Shown one piece after another: positions 29,001 to 43,740 of a stretch of 64,000 nt of DNA (positions are counted from its first letter, which is position 1; each line of letters starts with the position of its first letter). Made by a program: the position numbers and the translations under genes. This stretch comes from Paragordius varius. Lineage: Eukaryota > Animalia > Nematomorpha. The notes below the pieces were generated by a model. The model was not told the DNA's origin, made no database searches, and saw only the letters and a list, made by a program, of their open reading frames with translations. The stretch lies in the NCBI GenBank assembly GCA_964247055.1, contig OZ176056.1, positions 744,001 through 808,000 on the forward strand. The letters run 5' to 3'.

Positions 29001-32000
29001 TAAGGTATTATTGTGTACATCCACTCATCACCGAAGCCCCAATTCAGTAACAAGATAGACGGTGTTTTGGTTGTTAACGAGTTGAGAATTGATTGAAAAC
29101 AGATTTTGCCGGACGGTTTATTGTAAGATTTGGCTAACTTGAGTTTACTGTAAAGGACTAAACAGATTAAGGTATTATTGTGTACATCCACTCATCAGCG
29201 AAGCCCCAATTCAGTAACAAGATAGACGGTGTTTTGGTTGTTAACGAGTTGAGAATTGATTGAAAACAGATTTTGCCGGACGGTTTATTGTAAGACTTGG
29301 CTAACTTGAGTTTACTGTAAAGGACTAAACAGATTAAGGTATTATTGTGTACATCCACTCATCACCGAAGCCCCAATTCAGTAACAAGATAGACGGTGTT
29401 TTGGTTGTTAACGAGTTGAGAATCGATTGAAAACAGATTTTGCCGGACGGTTTATTGTAAGATTTGGCTAACTTGAGTTTACTGTAAAGGACTAAACAGA
29501 TTAAAGTATTATTGTGTACATCCACTCATCACCGAAGCCCCAATTCAGTAACAAGATAGACGGTGTTTTGGTTGTTAACGAGTTGAGAATTGATTGAAAA
29601 CAGATTTTGCCGGACGGTTTATTGTAAGATTTGGCTAACTTGAGTTTACTGTAAAGGACTAAACAGATTAAAGTATTATTGTGTACATCCACTCATCACC
29701 GAAGCCCCAATTCAGTAACAAGATAGACGGTGTTTTGGTTGTTAACGAGTTGAGAATCGATTGAAAACAGATTTTGCCGGACGGTGTATTGTAAGATTTG
29801 GCTAACTTGAGTTTACTGTAAAGGACTAAACAGATTAAGGTATTATTGTGTACATCCACTCATCACCGAAGCCCCAATTCAGTAACAAGATAGACGGTGT
29901 TTTGGTTGTTAACGAGTTGAGAATTGATTGAAAACAGATTTTGCCGGACGGTTTATTCTAAGATTTGGCTAACTTGAGTTTACTGTAAAGGACTAAACAG
30001 ATTAAGGTATTATTTTGTACATCCACTCATCACCGAAGCCCCAATTCAGTAACAAGATAGACGGTGTTTTGGTTGTTAACGAGTTGAGAATTGATTGAAA
30101 ACAGATTTTGCCGGACGGTTTATTGTAAGATTTGGCTAACTTGAGTTTATTGTAAAAGACTAAACAGATTAAGGTATTATTGTGTACATCCCCTCATCAC
30201 CGAAGCCCCAATTCAGTAACAAGATAGACGGTGTTTTGGTTGTTAACGAGTTGAGAATTGATTGAAAACAGATTTTGCCGGACGGTTTATTGTAAGATTT
30301 GGCTAACTTGAGTTTACTGTAAAGGACTAAACAGATTAAGGTATTATTGTGTACATCCACTCATCACCGAAGCCCCAATTCAGTAACAAGATAGACGGTG
30401 TTTTGGTTGTTAACGAGTTGAGAATTGATTGAAAACAGATTTTGCCGGACGGTTTATTGTAAGACTTGGCTAACTTGAGTTTACTGTAAAGGACTAAACA
30501 GATTAAGGTATTATTGTGTACATCCACTCATCACCGAAGCCCCAATTCAGTAACAAGATAGACGGTGTTTTGGTTGTTAACGAGTTGAGAATTGATTGAA
30601 AACAGATTTTGCCGGACGGTTTATTGTAAGACTTGGCTAACTTGAGTTTACTGTAAAGGACTAAACAGATTAAGGTATTATTGTGGACATCCACTCATCA
30701 CCGAAGCCCCAATTCAGTAACAAGATAGACGGTGTTTTGGTTGTTAACGAGTTGAGAATTGATTGAAAACAGATTTTGCCGCACGGTTTATTGTAAAGAC
30801 TTGGCTAACTTGAGTTTACTGTAAAGGATTAAACAGATTAAAGTATTACTGTGTACATCCACTCATCACCGAAGCCGCCATTCAGTAACAAGATAGATGG
30901 TGTTTTGGTTGTTAACGAGTTGAGAATTGATTGAAAACAGATTTTGCCGGACGGTTTATTGTAAAGACTTGGCTAACTTGAGTTTACTGTAAAGGACTAA
31001 ACAGATTAAGGTATTATTGTGTACATCCACTCATCACCGAAGCCCCAATTCAGTAACAAGATAGACGGTGTTTTGGTTGTTAACGAGTTGAGAATTGATT
31101 GAAAACAGATTTTGCCGGACGGTTTATTGTAAGACTTGGCTAACTTGAGTTTACTGTAAAGGACTAAACAGATTAAGGTATTATTGTGTACATCCACTCA
31201 TCACCGAAGCCCCAATTCAGTAACAAGATAGACGGTGTTTTGGTTGTTAACGAGTTGAGAATTGATTGAAAACAGATTTTGCCGGACGGTTTATTGTAAG
31301 ATTTGGCTAACTTGAGTTTACTGTAAAGGACTAAACAGATTAAAGTATTATTGTGTACATCCACTCATCACCGAAGCCCCAATTCAGTAACAAGATAGAC
31401 GGTGTTTTGGTTGTTAACGAGTTGAGAATTGATTGAAAACAGATTTTGCCGGACGGTTTATTGTAAGACTTGGCTAACTTGAGTTTACTGTAAACGACTA
31501 AACAGATTAAGGTATTATTGTGTACATCCACTCATCACCGAAGCCCCAATTCAGTAACAAGATAGACGGTGTTTTGGTTGTTAACGAGTTGAGAATTGAT
31601 TGAAAACAGATTTTGCCGGACGGTTTATTGTAAGATTTGGCTAACTTGAGTTTATTGTAAAAGACTAAACAGATTAAGGTATTATTGTGTACATCCACTC
31701 ATCACCGAAGCCCCAATTCAGTAACAAGATAGACGGTGTTTTGGTTGTTAACGAGTTGAGAATCGATTGAAAACAGATTTTGCCGGACGGTTTATTGTAA
31801 GATTTGGCTAACTTGAGTTTACTGTAAAGGACTAAACAGATTAAAGTATTATTGTGTACATCCACTCATCACCGAAGCCCCAATTCAGTAACAAGATAGA
31901 CGGTGTTTTGGTTGTTAACGAGTTGAGAATTGATTGAAAACAGATTTTGCCGGACGGTTTATTGTAAGATTTGGCTAACTTGAGTTTACTGTAAAGGACT

Positions 32001-35000
32001 AAACAGATTAAAGTATTATTGTGTACATCCACTCATCACCGAAGCCCCAATTCAGTAACAAGATAGACGGTGTTTTGGTTGTTAACGAGTTGAGAATCGA
32101 TTGAAAACAGATTTTGCCGGACGGTGTATTGTAAGATTTGGCTAACTTGAGTTTACTGTAAAGGACTAAACAGATTAAGGTATTATTGTGTACATCCACT
32201 CATCACCGAAGCCCCAATTCAGTAACAAGATAGACGGTGTTTTGGTTGTTAACGAGTTGAGAATTGATTGAAAACAGATTTTGCCGGACGGTTTATTCTA
32301 AGATTTGGCTAACTTGAGTTTACTGTAAAGGACTAAACAGATTAAGGTATTATTTTGTACATCCACTCATCACCGAAGCCCCAATTCAGTAACAAGATAG
32401 ACGGTGTTTTGGTTGTTAACGAGTTGAGAATTGATTGAAAACAGATTTTGCCGGACGGTTTATTGTAAGATTTGGCTAACTTGAGTTTATTGTAAAAGAC
32501 TAAACAGATTAAGGTATTATTGTGTACATCCCCTCATCACCGAAGCCCCAATTCAGTAACAAGATAGACGGTGTTTTGGTTGTTAACGAGTTGAGAATTG
32601 ATTGAAAACAGATTTTGCCGGACGGTTTATTGTAAGATTTGGCTAACTTGAGTTTACTGTAAAGGACTAAACAGATTAAGGTATTATTGTGTACATCCAC
32701 TCATCACCGAAGCCCCAATTCAGTAACAAGATAGACGGTATTTCGGTTGTTAACGAGTTGAGAATTGATTGAAAACAGATTTTGCCGGACGGTTTATTGT
32801 AAGACTTGGCTAACTTGAGTTTACTGTAAAGGACTAAACAGATTAAGGTATTATTGTGTACATCCACTCATCACCGAAGCCCCAATTCAGTAACAAGATA
32901 GACGGTGTTTTGGTTGTTAACGAGTTGAGAATTGATTGAAAACAGATTTTGCCGGACGGTTTATTGTAAGACTTGGCTAACTTGAGTTTACTGTAAAGGA
33001 CTAAACAGATTAAGGTATTATTGTGGACATCCACTCATCACCGAAGCCCCAATTCAGTAACAAGATAGACGGTGTTTTGGTTGTTAACGAGTTGAGAATT
33101 GATTGAAAACAGATTTTGCCGCACGGTTTATTGTAAAGACTTGGCTAACTTGAGTTTACTGTAAAGGATTAAACAGATTAAAGTATTACTGTGTACATCC
33201 ACTCATCACCGAAGCCGCCATTCAGTAACAAGATAGAGGGTGTTTTGGTTGTTAACGAGTTGAGAATTGATTGAAAACAGATTTTGCCGGACGGTTTATT
33301 GTAAAGACTTGGCTAACTTGAGTTTACTGTAAAGGACTAAACAGATTAAGGTATTATTGTGTACATCCACTCATCACCGAAGCCCCAATTCAGTAACAAG
33401 ATAGACGGTGTTTTGGTTGTTAACGAGTTGAGAATTGATTGAAAACAGATTTTGCCGGACGGTTTATTGTAAGACTTGGCTAACTTGAGTTTACTGTAAA
33501 GGACTAAACAGATTAAGGTATTATTGTGTACATCCACTCATCACCGAAGCCCCAATTCAGTAACAAGATAGACGGTGTTTTGGTTGTTAACGAGTTGAGA
33601 ATTGATTGAAAACAGATTTTGCCGGACGGTTTATTGTAAGATTTGGCTAACTTGAGTTTACTGTAAAGGACTAAACAGATTAAAGTATTATTGTGTACAT
33701 CCACTCATCACCGAAGCCCCAATTCAGTAACAAGATAGACGGTGTTTTGGTTGTTAACGAGTTGAGAATTGATTGAAAACAGATTTTGCCGGACGGTTTA
33801 TTGTAAGACTTGGCTAACTTGAGTTTACTGTAAACGACTAAACAGATTAAGGTATTATTGTGTACATCCACTCATCACCGAAGCCCCAATTCAGTAACAA
33901 GATAGACGGTGTTTTGGTTGTTAACGAGTTGAGAATTGATTGAAAACAGATTTTGCCGGACGGTTTATTGTAAGATTTGGCTAACTTGAGTTTACTGTAA
34001 AGGACTAAACAGATTAAAGTATTATTGTGTACATCCACTCATCACCGAAGCCCCAATTCAGTAACAAGATAGACGGTGTTTTGGTTGTTAACGAGTTGAG
34101 AATTGATTGAAAACAGATTTTGCCGGACGGTTTATTGTAAGATTTGGCTAACTTGAGTTTACTGTAAAGGACTAAACAGATTAAGGTATTATTGTGTACA
34201 TCCACTCATCACCGAAGCCCCAATTCAGTAACAAGATAGACGGTGTTTTGGTTGTTAACGAGTTGAGAATTGATTGAAAACATTTGTCGGACGGTTTACT
34301 GTAAGATTTGGCTAACTTGAGTTTATTGTAAAGGACTACACAGATTAAGGTATTATTGTGTACATCCACTCATCACCGAAGCCCCAATTCAGTAACAAGA
34401 TAGACGGTGTTTTGGTTGTTAACGAGTTGAGAATTGATTGAAAACAGATTTTGCCGGACGGTTTATTGTAAGATTTGGCTAACTTGAGTTTACTGTAAAG
34501 GACTAAACAGATTAAGGTATTATTGTGTACATCCACTCATCAGCGAAGCCCCAATTCAGTAACAAGATAGACGGTGTTTTGGTTGTTAACGAGTTGAGAA
34601 TTGATTGAAAACAGATTTTGCCGGACGGTTTATTGTAAGACTTGGCTAACTTGAGTTTACTGTAAAGGACTAAACAGATTAAGGTATTATTGTGTACATC
34701 CACTCATCACCGAAGCCCCAATTCAGTAACAAGATAGACGGTGTTTTGGTTGTTAACGAGTTGAGAATCGATTGAAAACAGATTTTGCCGGACGGTTTAT
34801 TGTAAGATTTGGCTAACTTGAGTTTACTGTAAAGGACTAAACAGATTAAAGTATTATTGTGTACATCCACTCATCACCGAAGCCCCAATTCAGTAACAAG
34901 ATAGACGGTGTTTTGGTTGTTAACGAGTTGAGAATTGATTGAAAACAGATTTTGCCGGACGGTTTATTGTAAGATTTGGCTAACTTGAGTTTACTGTAAA

Positions 35001-38000
35001 GGACTAAACAGATTAAAGTATTATTGTGTACATCCACTCATCACCGAAGCCCCAATTCAGTAACAAGATAGACGGTGTTTTGGTTGTTAACGAGTTGAGA
35101 ATCGATTGAAAACAGATTTTGCCGGACGGTGTATTGTAAGATTTGGCTAACTTGAGTTTACTGTAAAGGACTAAACAGATTAAGGTATTATTGTGTACAT
35201 CCACTCATCACCGAAGCCCCAATTCAGTAACAAGATAGACGGTGTTTTGGTTGTTAACGAGTTGAGAATTGATTGAAAACAGATTTTGCCGGACGGTTTA
35301 TTCTAAGATTTGGCTAACTTGAGTTTACTGTAAAGGACTAAACAGATTAAGGTATTATTTTGTACATCCACTCATCACCGAAGCCCCAATTCAGTAACAA
35401 GATAGACGGTGTTTTGGTTGTTAACGAGTTGAGAATTGATTGAAAACAGATTTTGCCGGACGGTTTATTGTAAGATTTGGCTAACTTGAGTTTATTGTAA
35501 AAGACTAAACAGATTAAGGTATTATTGTGTACATCCCCTCATCACCGAAGCCCCAATTCAGTAACAAGATAGACGGTGTTTTGGTTGTTAACGAGTTGAG
35601 AATTGATTGAAAACAGATTTTGCCGGACGGTTTATTGTAAGATTTGGCTAACTTGAGTTTACTGTAAAGGACTAAACAGATTAAGGTATTATTGTGTACA
35701 TCCACTCATCACCGAAGCCCCAATTCAGTAACAAGATAGACGGTATTTCGGTTGTTAACGAGTTGAGAATTGATTGAAAACAGATTTTGCCGGACGGTTT
35801 ATTGTAAGACTTGGCTAACTTGAGTTTACTGTAAAGGACTAAACAGATTAAGGTATTATTGTGTACATCCACTCATCACCGAAGCCCCAATTCAGTAACA
35901 AGATAGACGGTGTTTTGGTTGTTAACGAGTTGAGAATTGATTGAAAACAGATTTTGCCGGACGGTTTATTGTAAGACTTGGCTAACTTGAGTTTACTGTA
36001 AAGGACTAAACAGATTAAGGTATTATTGTGGACATCCACTCATCACCGAAGCCCCAATTCAGTAACAAGATAGACGGTGTTTTGGTTGTTAACGAGTTGA
36101 GAATTGATTGAAAACAGATTTTGCCGCACGGTTTATTGTAAAGACTTGGCTAACTTGAGTTTACTGTAAAGGATTAAACAGATTAAAGTATTACTGTGTA
36201 CATCCACTCATCACCGAAGCCGCCATTCAGTAACAAGATAGATGGTGTTTTGGTTGTTAACGAGTTGAGAATTGATTGAAAACAGATTTTGCCGGACGGT
36301 TTATTCTAAGATTTGGCTAACTTGAGTTTACTGTAAAGGACTAAACAGATTAAGGTATTATTTTGTACATCCACTCATCACCGAAGCCCCAATTCAGTAA
36401 CAAGATAGACGGTGTTTTGGTTGTTAACGAGTTGAGAATTGATTGAAAACAGATTTTGCCGGACGGTTTATTGTAAGATTTGGCTAACTTGAGTTTATTG
36501 TAAAAGACTAAACAGATTAAGGTATTATTGTGTACATCCCCTCATCACCGAAGCCCCAATTCAGTAACAAGATAGACGGTGTTTTGGTTGTTAACGAGTT
36601 GAGAATTGATTGAAAACAGATTTTGCCGGACGGTTTATTGTAAGATTTGGCTAACTTGAGTTTACTGTAAAGGACTAAACAGATTAAGGTATTATTGTGT
36701 ACATCCACTCATCACCGAAGCCCCAATTCAGTAACAAGATAGACGGTATTTCGGTTGTTAACGAGTTGAGAATTGATTGAAAACAGATTTTGCCGGACGG
36801 TTTATTGTAAGACTTGGCTAACTTGAGTTTACTGTAAAGGACTAAACAGATTAAGGTATTATTGTGTACATCCACTCATCACCGAAGCCCCAATTCAGTA
36901 ACAAGATAGACGGTGTTTTGGTTGTTAACGAGTTGAGAATTGATTGAAAACAGATTTTGCCGGACGGTTTATTGTAAGACTTGGCTAACTTGAGTTTACT
37001 GTAAAGGACTAAACAGATTAAGGTATTATTGTGGACATCCACTCATCACCGAAGCCCCAATTCAGTAACAAGATAGACGGTGTTTTGGTTGTTAACGAGT
37101 TGAGAATTGATTGAAAACAGATTTTGCCGCACGGTTTATTGTAAAGACTTGGCTAACTTGAGTTTACTGTAAAGGATTAAACAGATTAAAGTATTACTGT
37201 GTACATCCACTCATCACCGAAGCCGCCATTCAGTAACAAGATAGATGGTGTTTTGGTTGTTAACGAGTTGAGAATTGATTGAAAACAGATTTTGCCGGAC
37301 GGTTTATTGTAAAGACTTGGCTAACTTGAGTTTACTGTAAAGGACTAAACAGATTAAGGTATTATTGTGTACATCCACTCATCACCGAAGCCCCAATTCA
37401 GTAACAAGATAGACGGTGTTTTGGTTGTTAACGAGTTGAGAATTGATTGAAAACAGATTTTGCCGGACGGTTTATTGTAAGACTTGGCTAACTTGAGTTT
37501 ACTGTAAAGGACTAAACAGATTAAGGTATTATTGTGTACATCCACTCATCACCGAAGCCCCAATTCAGTAACAAGATAGACGGTGTTTTGGTTGTTAACG
37601 AGTTGAGAATTGATTGAAAACAGATTTTGCCGGACGGTTTATTGTAAGATTTGGCTAACTTGAGTTTACTGTAAAGGACTAAACAGATTAAAGTATTATT
37701 GTGTACATCCACTCATCACCGAAGCCCCAATTCAGTAACAAGATAGACGGTGTTTTGGTTGTTAACGAGTTGAGAATTGATTGAAAACAGATTTTGCCGG
37801 ACGGTTTATTGTAAGACTTGGCTAACTTGAGTTTACTGTAAACGACTAAACAGATTAAGGTATTATTGTGTACATCCACTCATCACCGAAGCCCCAATTC
37901 AGTAACAAGATAGACGGTGTTTTGGTTGTTAACGAGTTGAGAATTGATTGAAAACAGATTTTGCCGGACGGTTTATTGTAAGATTTGGCTAACTTGAGTT

Positions 38001-41000
38001 TATTGTAAAAGACTAAACAGATTAAGGTATTATTGTGTACATCCACTCATCACCGAAGCCCCAATTCAGTAACAAGATAGACGGTGTTTTGGTTGTTAAC
38101 GAGTTGAGAATTGATTGAAAACAGATTTTGCCGGACGGTTTATTGTAAGATTTGGCTAACTTGAGTTTACTGTAAAGGACTAAACAGATTAAGGTATTAT
38201 TGTGTACATCCACTCATCACCGAAGCCCCAATTCAGTAACAAGATAGACGGTATTTTGGTTGTTAACGAGTTGAGAATTGATTGAAAACAGATTTTGCCG
38301 GACGGTTTATTGTAAGACTTGGCTAACTTGAGTTTACTGTAAAGGACTAAACAGATTAAGGTATTATTGTGTACATCCACTCATCACCGAAGCCCCAATT
38401 CAGTAACAAGATAGACGGTGTTTTGGTTGTTAACGAGTTGAGAATTGATTGAAAACAGATTTTGCCGGACGGTTTATTGTAAGACTTGGCTAACTTGAGT
38501 TTACTGTAAAGGACTAAACAGATTAAGGTATTATTGTGTACATCCACTCATCACCGAAGCCCCAATTCAGTAACAAGATAGACGGTGTTTTGGTTGTTAA
38601 CGAGTTGAGAATTGATTGAAAACAGATTTTGCCGGACGGTTTATTGTAAAGACTTGGCTAACTTGAGTTTACTGTAAAGGACTAAACAGATTAAAGTATT
38701 ACTGTGTACATCCACTCATCACCGAAGCCGCCATTCAGTAACAAGATAGATGGTGTTTTGGTTGTTAACGAGTTGAGAATTGATTGAAAACAGATTTTGC
38801 CGGACGGTTTATTGTAAAGATTTGGCTAACTTGAGTTTACTGTAAAGGACTAAACAGATTAAGGTATTATTGTGTACATCCACTCATCACCGAAGCCCCA
38901 ATTCAGTAACAAGATAGACGGTGTTTTGGTTGTTAACGAGTTGAGAATTGATTGAAAACATTTGCCGGACGGTTTATTGTAAGATTTGGCTAACTTGAGT
39001 TTATTGTAAAGGACTACACAGATTAAGGTATTATTGTGTACATCCACTCATCACCGAAGCCCCAATTCAGTAACAAGATAGACGGTGTTTTGGTTGTTAA
39101 CGAGTTGAGAATTGATTGAAAACAGATTTTGCCGGACGGTTTATTGTAAGATTTGGCTAACTTGAGTTTACTGTAAAGGACTAAACAGATTAAGGTATTA
39201 TTGTGTACATCCACTCATCACCGAAGCCCCAATTCAGTAACAAGATAGACGGTGTTTTGGTTGTTAACGAGTTGAGAATTGATTGAAAACAGATTTTGCC
39301 GGACGGTTTATTGTAAGACTTGGCTAACTTGAGTTTACTGTAAAGGACTAAACAGATTAAGGTATTATTGTGTACATCCACTCATCACCGAAGCCCCAAT
39401 TCAGTAACAAGATAGACGGTGTTTTGGTTGTTAACGAGTTGAGAATCGATTGAAAACAGATTTTGCCGGACGGTTTATTGTAAGATTTGGCTAACTTGAG
39501 TTTACTGTAAAGGACTAAACAGATTAAAGTATTATTGTGTACATCCACTCATCACCGAAGCCCCAATTCAGTAACAAGATAGACGGTGTTTTGGTTGTTA
39601 ACGAGTTGAGAATTGATTGAAAACAGATTTTGCCGGACGGTTTATTGTAAGATTTGGCTAACTTGAGTTTACTGTAAAGGACTAAACAGATTAAAGTATT
39701 ATTGTGTACATCCACTCATCACCGAAGCCCCAATTCAGTAACAAGATAGACGGTGTTTTGGTTGTTAACGAGTTGAGAATCGATTGAAAACAGATTTTGC
39801 CGGACGGTTTATTGTAAGATTTGGCTAACTTGAGTTTACTGTAAAGGACTAAACAGATTAAGGTATTATTGTGTACATCCACTCATCACCGAAGCCCCAA
39901 TTCAGTAACAAGATAGACGGTGTTTTGGTTGTTAACGAGTTGAGAATTGATTGAAAACAGATTTTGCCGGACGGTTTATTGTAAGATTTGGCTAACTTGA
40001 GTTTACTGTAAAGGACTAAACAGATTAAGGTATTATTTTGTACATCCACTCATCACCGAAGCCCCAATTCAGTAACAAGATAGACGGTGTTTTGGTTGTT
40101 AACGAGTTGAGAATTGATTGAAAACAGATTTTGCCGGACGGTTTATTGTAAGACTTGGCTAACTTGAGTTTACTGTAAAGGACTAAACAGATTAAGGTAT
40201 TATTGTGGACATCCACTCATCACCGAAGCCCCAATTCAGTAACAAGATAGACGGTGTTTTGGTTGTTAACGAGTTGAGAATTGATTGAAAACAGATTTTG
40301 CCGGACGGTTTATTATAAAGACTTGGCTAACTTGAGTTTACTGTAAAGGACTAAACAGATTAAAGTATTACTGTGTACATCCACTCATCACCGAAGCCGC
40401 CATTCAGTAACAAGATAGATGGTGTTTTGGTTGTTAACGAGTTGAGAATTGATTGAAAACAGATTTTGCCGGACGGTTTATTGTAAAGACTTGGCTAACT
40501 TGAGTTTACTGTAAAGGACTAAACAGATTAAGGTATTATTGTGTACATCCACTCATCACCGAAGCCCCAATTCAGTAACAAGATAGACGGTGTTTTGGTT
40601 GTTAACGAGTTGAGAATTGATTGAAAACAGATTTTGCCGGACGGTTTATTGTAAGATTTGGCTAACTTGAGTTTACTGTAAAGGACTACACAGATTAAAG
40701 TATTATTGTGTACATCCACTCATCACCGTAGCCCCAATTCAGTAACAAGATAGACGGTGTTTTGGTTGTTAACGAGTTGAGAATCGATTGAAAACAGATT
40801 TTGCCGGACGGTTTATTGTAAGATTTGGCTAACTTGAGTTTACTGTAAACGACTAAACAGATTAAGGTATTATTGTGTACATCCACTCATCACCGAAGCC
40901 CCAATTCAGTAACAAGATAGACGGTGTTTTGGTTGTTAACGAGTTGAGAATTGATTGAAAACAGATTTTGCCGGACGGTTTATTGTAAGATTTGGCTAAC

Positions 41001-43740
41001 TTGAGTTTATTGTAAAGGACTAAACAGATTAAGGTATTATTGTGTACATCCACTCATCACCGAAGCCCCAATTCAGTAACAAGATAGACGGTGTTTTGGT
41101 TGTTAACGAGTTGAGAATTGATTGAAAACAGATTTTGCCGGACGGTTTATTGTAAGATTTGGCTAACTTGAGTTTATTGTAAAAGACTAAACAGATTAAG
41201 GTATTATTGTGTACATCCACTCATCACCGAAGCCCCAATTCAGTAACAAGATAGACGGTGTTTTGGTTGTTAACGAGTTGAGAATTGATTGAAAACAGAT
41301 TTTGCCGGACGGTTTATTGTAAGATTTGGCTAACTTGAGTTTACTGTAAAGGACTAAACAGATTAAGGTATTATTGTGTACATCCACTCATCACCGAAGC
41401 CCCAATTCAGTAACAAGATAGACGGTGTTTTGGTTGTTAACGAGTTGAGAATTGATTGAAAACAGATTTTGCCGGACGGTTTATTGTAAGACTTGGCTAA
41501 CTTGAGTTTACTGTAAAGGACTAAACAGATTAAGGTATTATTGTGGACATCCACTCATCACCGAAGCCCCAATTCAGTAACAAGATAGACGGTGTTTTGG
41601 TTGTTAACGAGTTGAGAATTGATTGAAAACAGATTTTGCCGGACGGTTTATTATAAAGACTTGGCTAACTTGAGTTTACTGTAAAGGACTAAACAGATTA
41701 AAGTATTACTGTGTACATCCACTCATCACCGAAGCCGCCATTCAGTAACAAGATAGATGGTGTTTTGGTTGTTAACGAGTTGAGAATTGATTGAAAACAG
41801 ATTTTGCCGGACGGTTTATTGTAAAGACTTGGCTAACTTGAGTTTACTGTAAAGGACTAAACAGATTAAGGTATTATTGTGTACATCCACTCATCACCGA
41901 AGCCCCAATTCAGTAACAAGATAGACGGTGTTTTGGTTGTTAACGAGTTGAGAATTGATTGAAAACAGATTTTGCCGGACGGTTTATTGTAAGATTTGGC
42001 TAACTTGAGTTTACTGTAAAGGACTACACAGATTAAAGTATTATTGTGTACATCCACTCATCACCGAAGCCCCAATTCAGTAACAAGATAGACGGTGTTT
42101 TGGTTGTTAACGAGTTGAGAATCGATTGAAAACAGATTTTGCCGGACGGTTTATTGTAAGATTTGGCTAACTTGAGTTTACTGTAAACGACTAAACAGAT
42201 TAAGGTATTATTGTGTACATCCACTCATCACCGAAGCCCCAATTCAGTAACAAGATAGACGGTGTTTTGGTTGTTAACGAGTTGAGAATTGATTGAAAAC
42301 AGATTTTGCCGGACGGTTTATTGTAAGATTTGGCTAACTTGAGTTTATTGTAAAGGACTAAACAGATTAAGGTATTATTGTGTACATCCACTCATCACCG
42401 AAGCCCCAATTCAGTAACAAGATAGACGGTGTTTTGGTTGTTAACGAGTTGAGAATTGATTGAAAACAGATTTTGCCGGACGGTTTATTGTAAGATTTGG
42501 CTAACTTGAGTTTATTGTAAAAGACTAAACAGATTAAGGTATTATTGTGTACATCCACTCATCACCGAAGCCCCAATTCAGTAACAAGATAGATGGTGTT
42601 TTGGTTGTTAACGAGTTGAGAATTGATTGAAAACAGATTTTGCCGGACGGTTTATTGTAAAGACTTGGCTAACTTGAGTTTACTGTAAAGGACTAAACAG
42701 ATTAAAGTATTACTGTGTACATCCACTCATCACCGAAGCCGCCATTCAGTAACAAGATAGATGGTGTTTTGGTTGTTAACGAGTTGAGAATTGATTGAAA
42801 ACAGATTTTGCCGGACGGTTTATTGTAAAGACTTGGCTAACTTGAGTTTACTGTAAAGGACTAAACAGATTAAAGTATTATTGTGTACATCCACTCATCA
42901 CCGAAGCCCCAATTCAGTAACAAGATAGACGGTGTTTTAGGTGTTAACAAGTTGAGAATTGATTGAAAACAGATTTTGCCGGACGGTTTATTGTAAGATT
43001 TGGCTAAGTTTACTGTAAAGGACTAAACAGATTAAGGTATTATTGTGTACATCCACTCATCACCGAAGCCCCAATTCAGTAACAAGATAGACGGTGTTTT
43101 GGTTGTTAACGAGTTGAGAATTGATTGAAAACAGATTTTGCCGGACGGTTTATTGTAAGATTTGGCTAACTTGAGTTTATTGTAAAGGACTACACAGATT
43201 AAAGTATTATTGTGTACATCCACTCATCACCGAAGCCCCAATTCAGTAACAAGATAGACGGTGTTTTGGTTGTTAACGAGTTGAGAATCGATTGAAAACA
43301 GATTTTGCCGGACGGTTTATTGTAAGATTTGGCTAACTTGAGTTTACTGTAAACGACTAAACAGATTAAGGTATTATTGTGTACATCCACTCATCACCGA
43401 AGCCCCAATTCAGTAACAAGATAGACGGTGTTTTGGTTGTTAACGAGTTGAGAATTGATTGAAAACAGATTTTGCCGGACGGTTTATTGTAAGATTTGGC
43501 TAACTTGAGTTTATTGTAAAGGACTAAACAGATTAAGGTATTATTGTGTACATCCACTCATCACCGAAGCCCCAATTCAGTAACAAGATAGACGGTGTTT
43601 TGGTTGTTAACGAGTTGAGAATTGATTGAAAACAGATTTTGCCGGACGGTTTATTGTAAGATTTGGCTAACTTGAGTTTACTGTAAAGGACTAAATAGGT
43701 TACCGTTTTATTGTTTTTTACCACCACTCATCACCGAACC
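17024..43740. repeat. 167-bp tandem satellite array (~160 monomers, ~26.7 kb) with higher-order repeats
   Basis: Monomer TGTGTACATCCACTCATCACCGAAGCCCCAATTCAGTAACAAGATAGACGGTGTTTTGGTTGTTAACGAGTTGAGAATTGATTGAAAACAGATTTTGCCGGACGGTTTATTGTAAGATTTGGCTAACTTGAGTTTACTGTAAAGGACTAAACAGATTAAGGTATTAT (167 nt, 62 G+C = 37%). The ORF track recurs every 167 bp, with 164- and 168-bp variants. No inserted transposon was seen. Confidence 0.99.

Noticed and set aside
17491-43727. Over 100 near-identical 60-64 aa ORFs (MDVHNNTLICLV...) as a tandem micro-protein gene family
   Set aside because: They are a by-product of the 167-bp period: neighbours overlap in shifted frames, the track's M is often a GTG, many monomers break the ORF by 1-bp indels, and the inverted solo copy has stops in that frame.
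17024-43740. Box C/D snoRNA array or hammerhead ribozyme in the satellite (- strand has GTGATGA and CTGA)
   Set aside because: There is no terminal stem, no hammerhead CTGATGA/GAAA core or helices, and the box-C-like motif is not conserved in the left edge monomer (ATGACGA) or the solo copy (GTAATCA). An Infernal/Rfam search would settle it.
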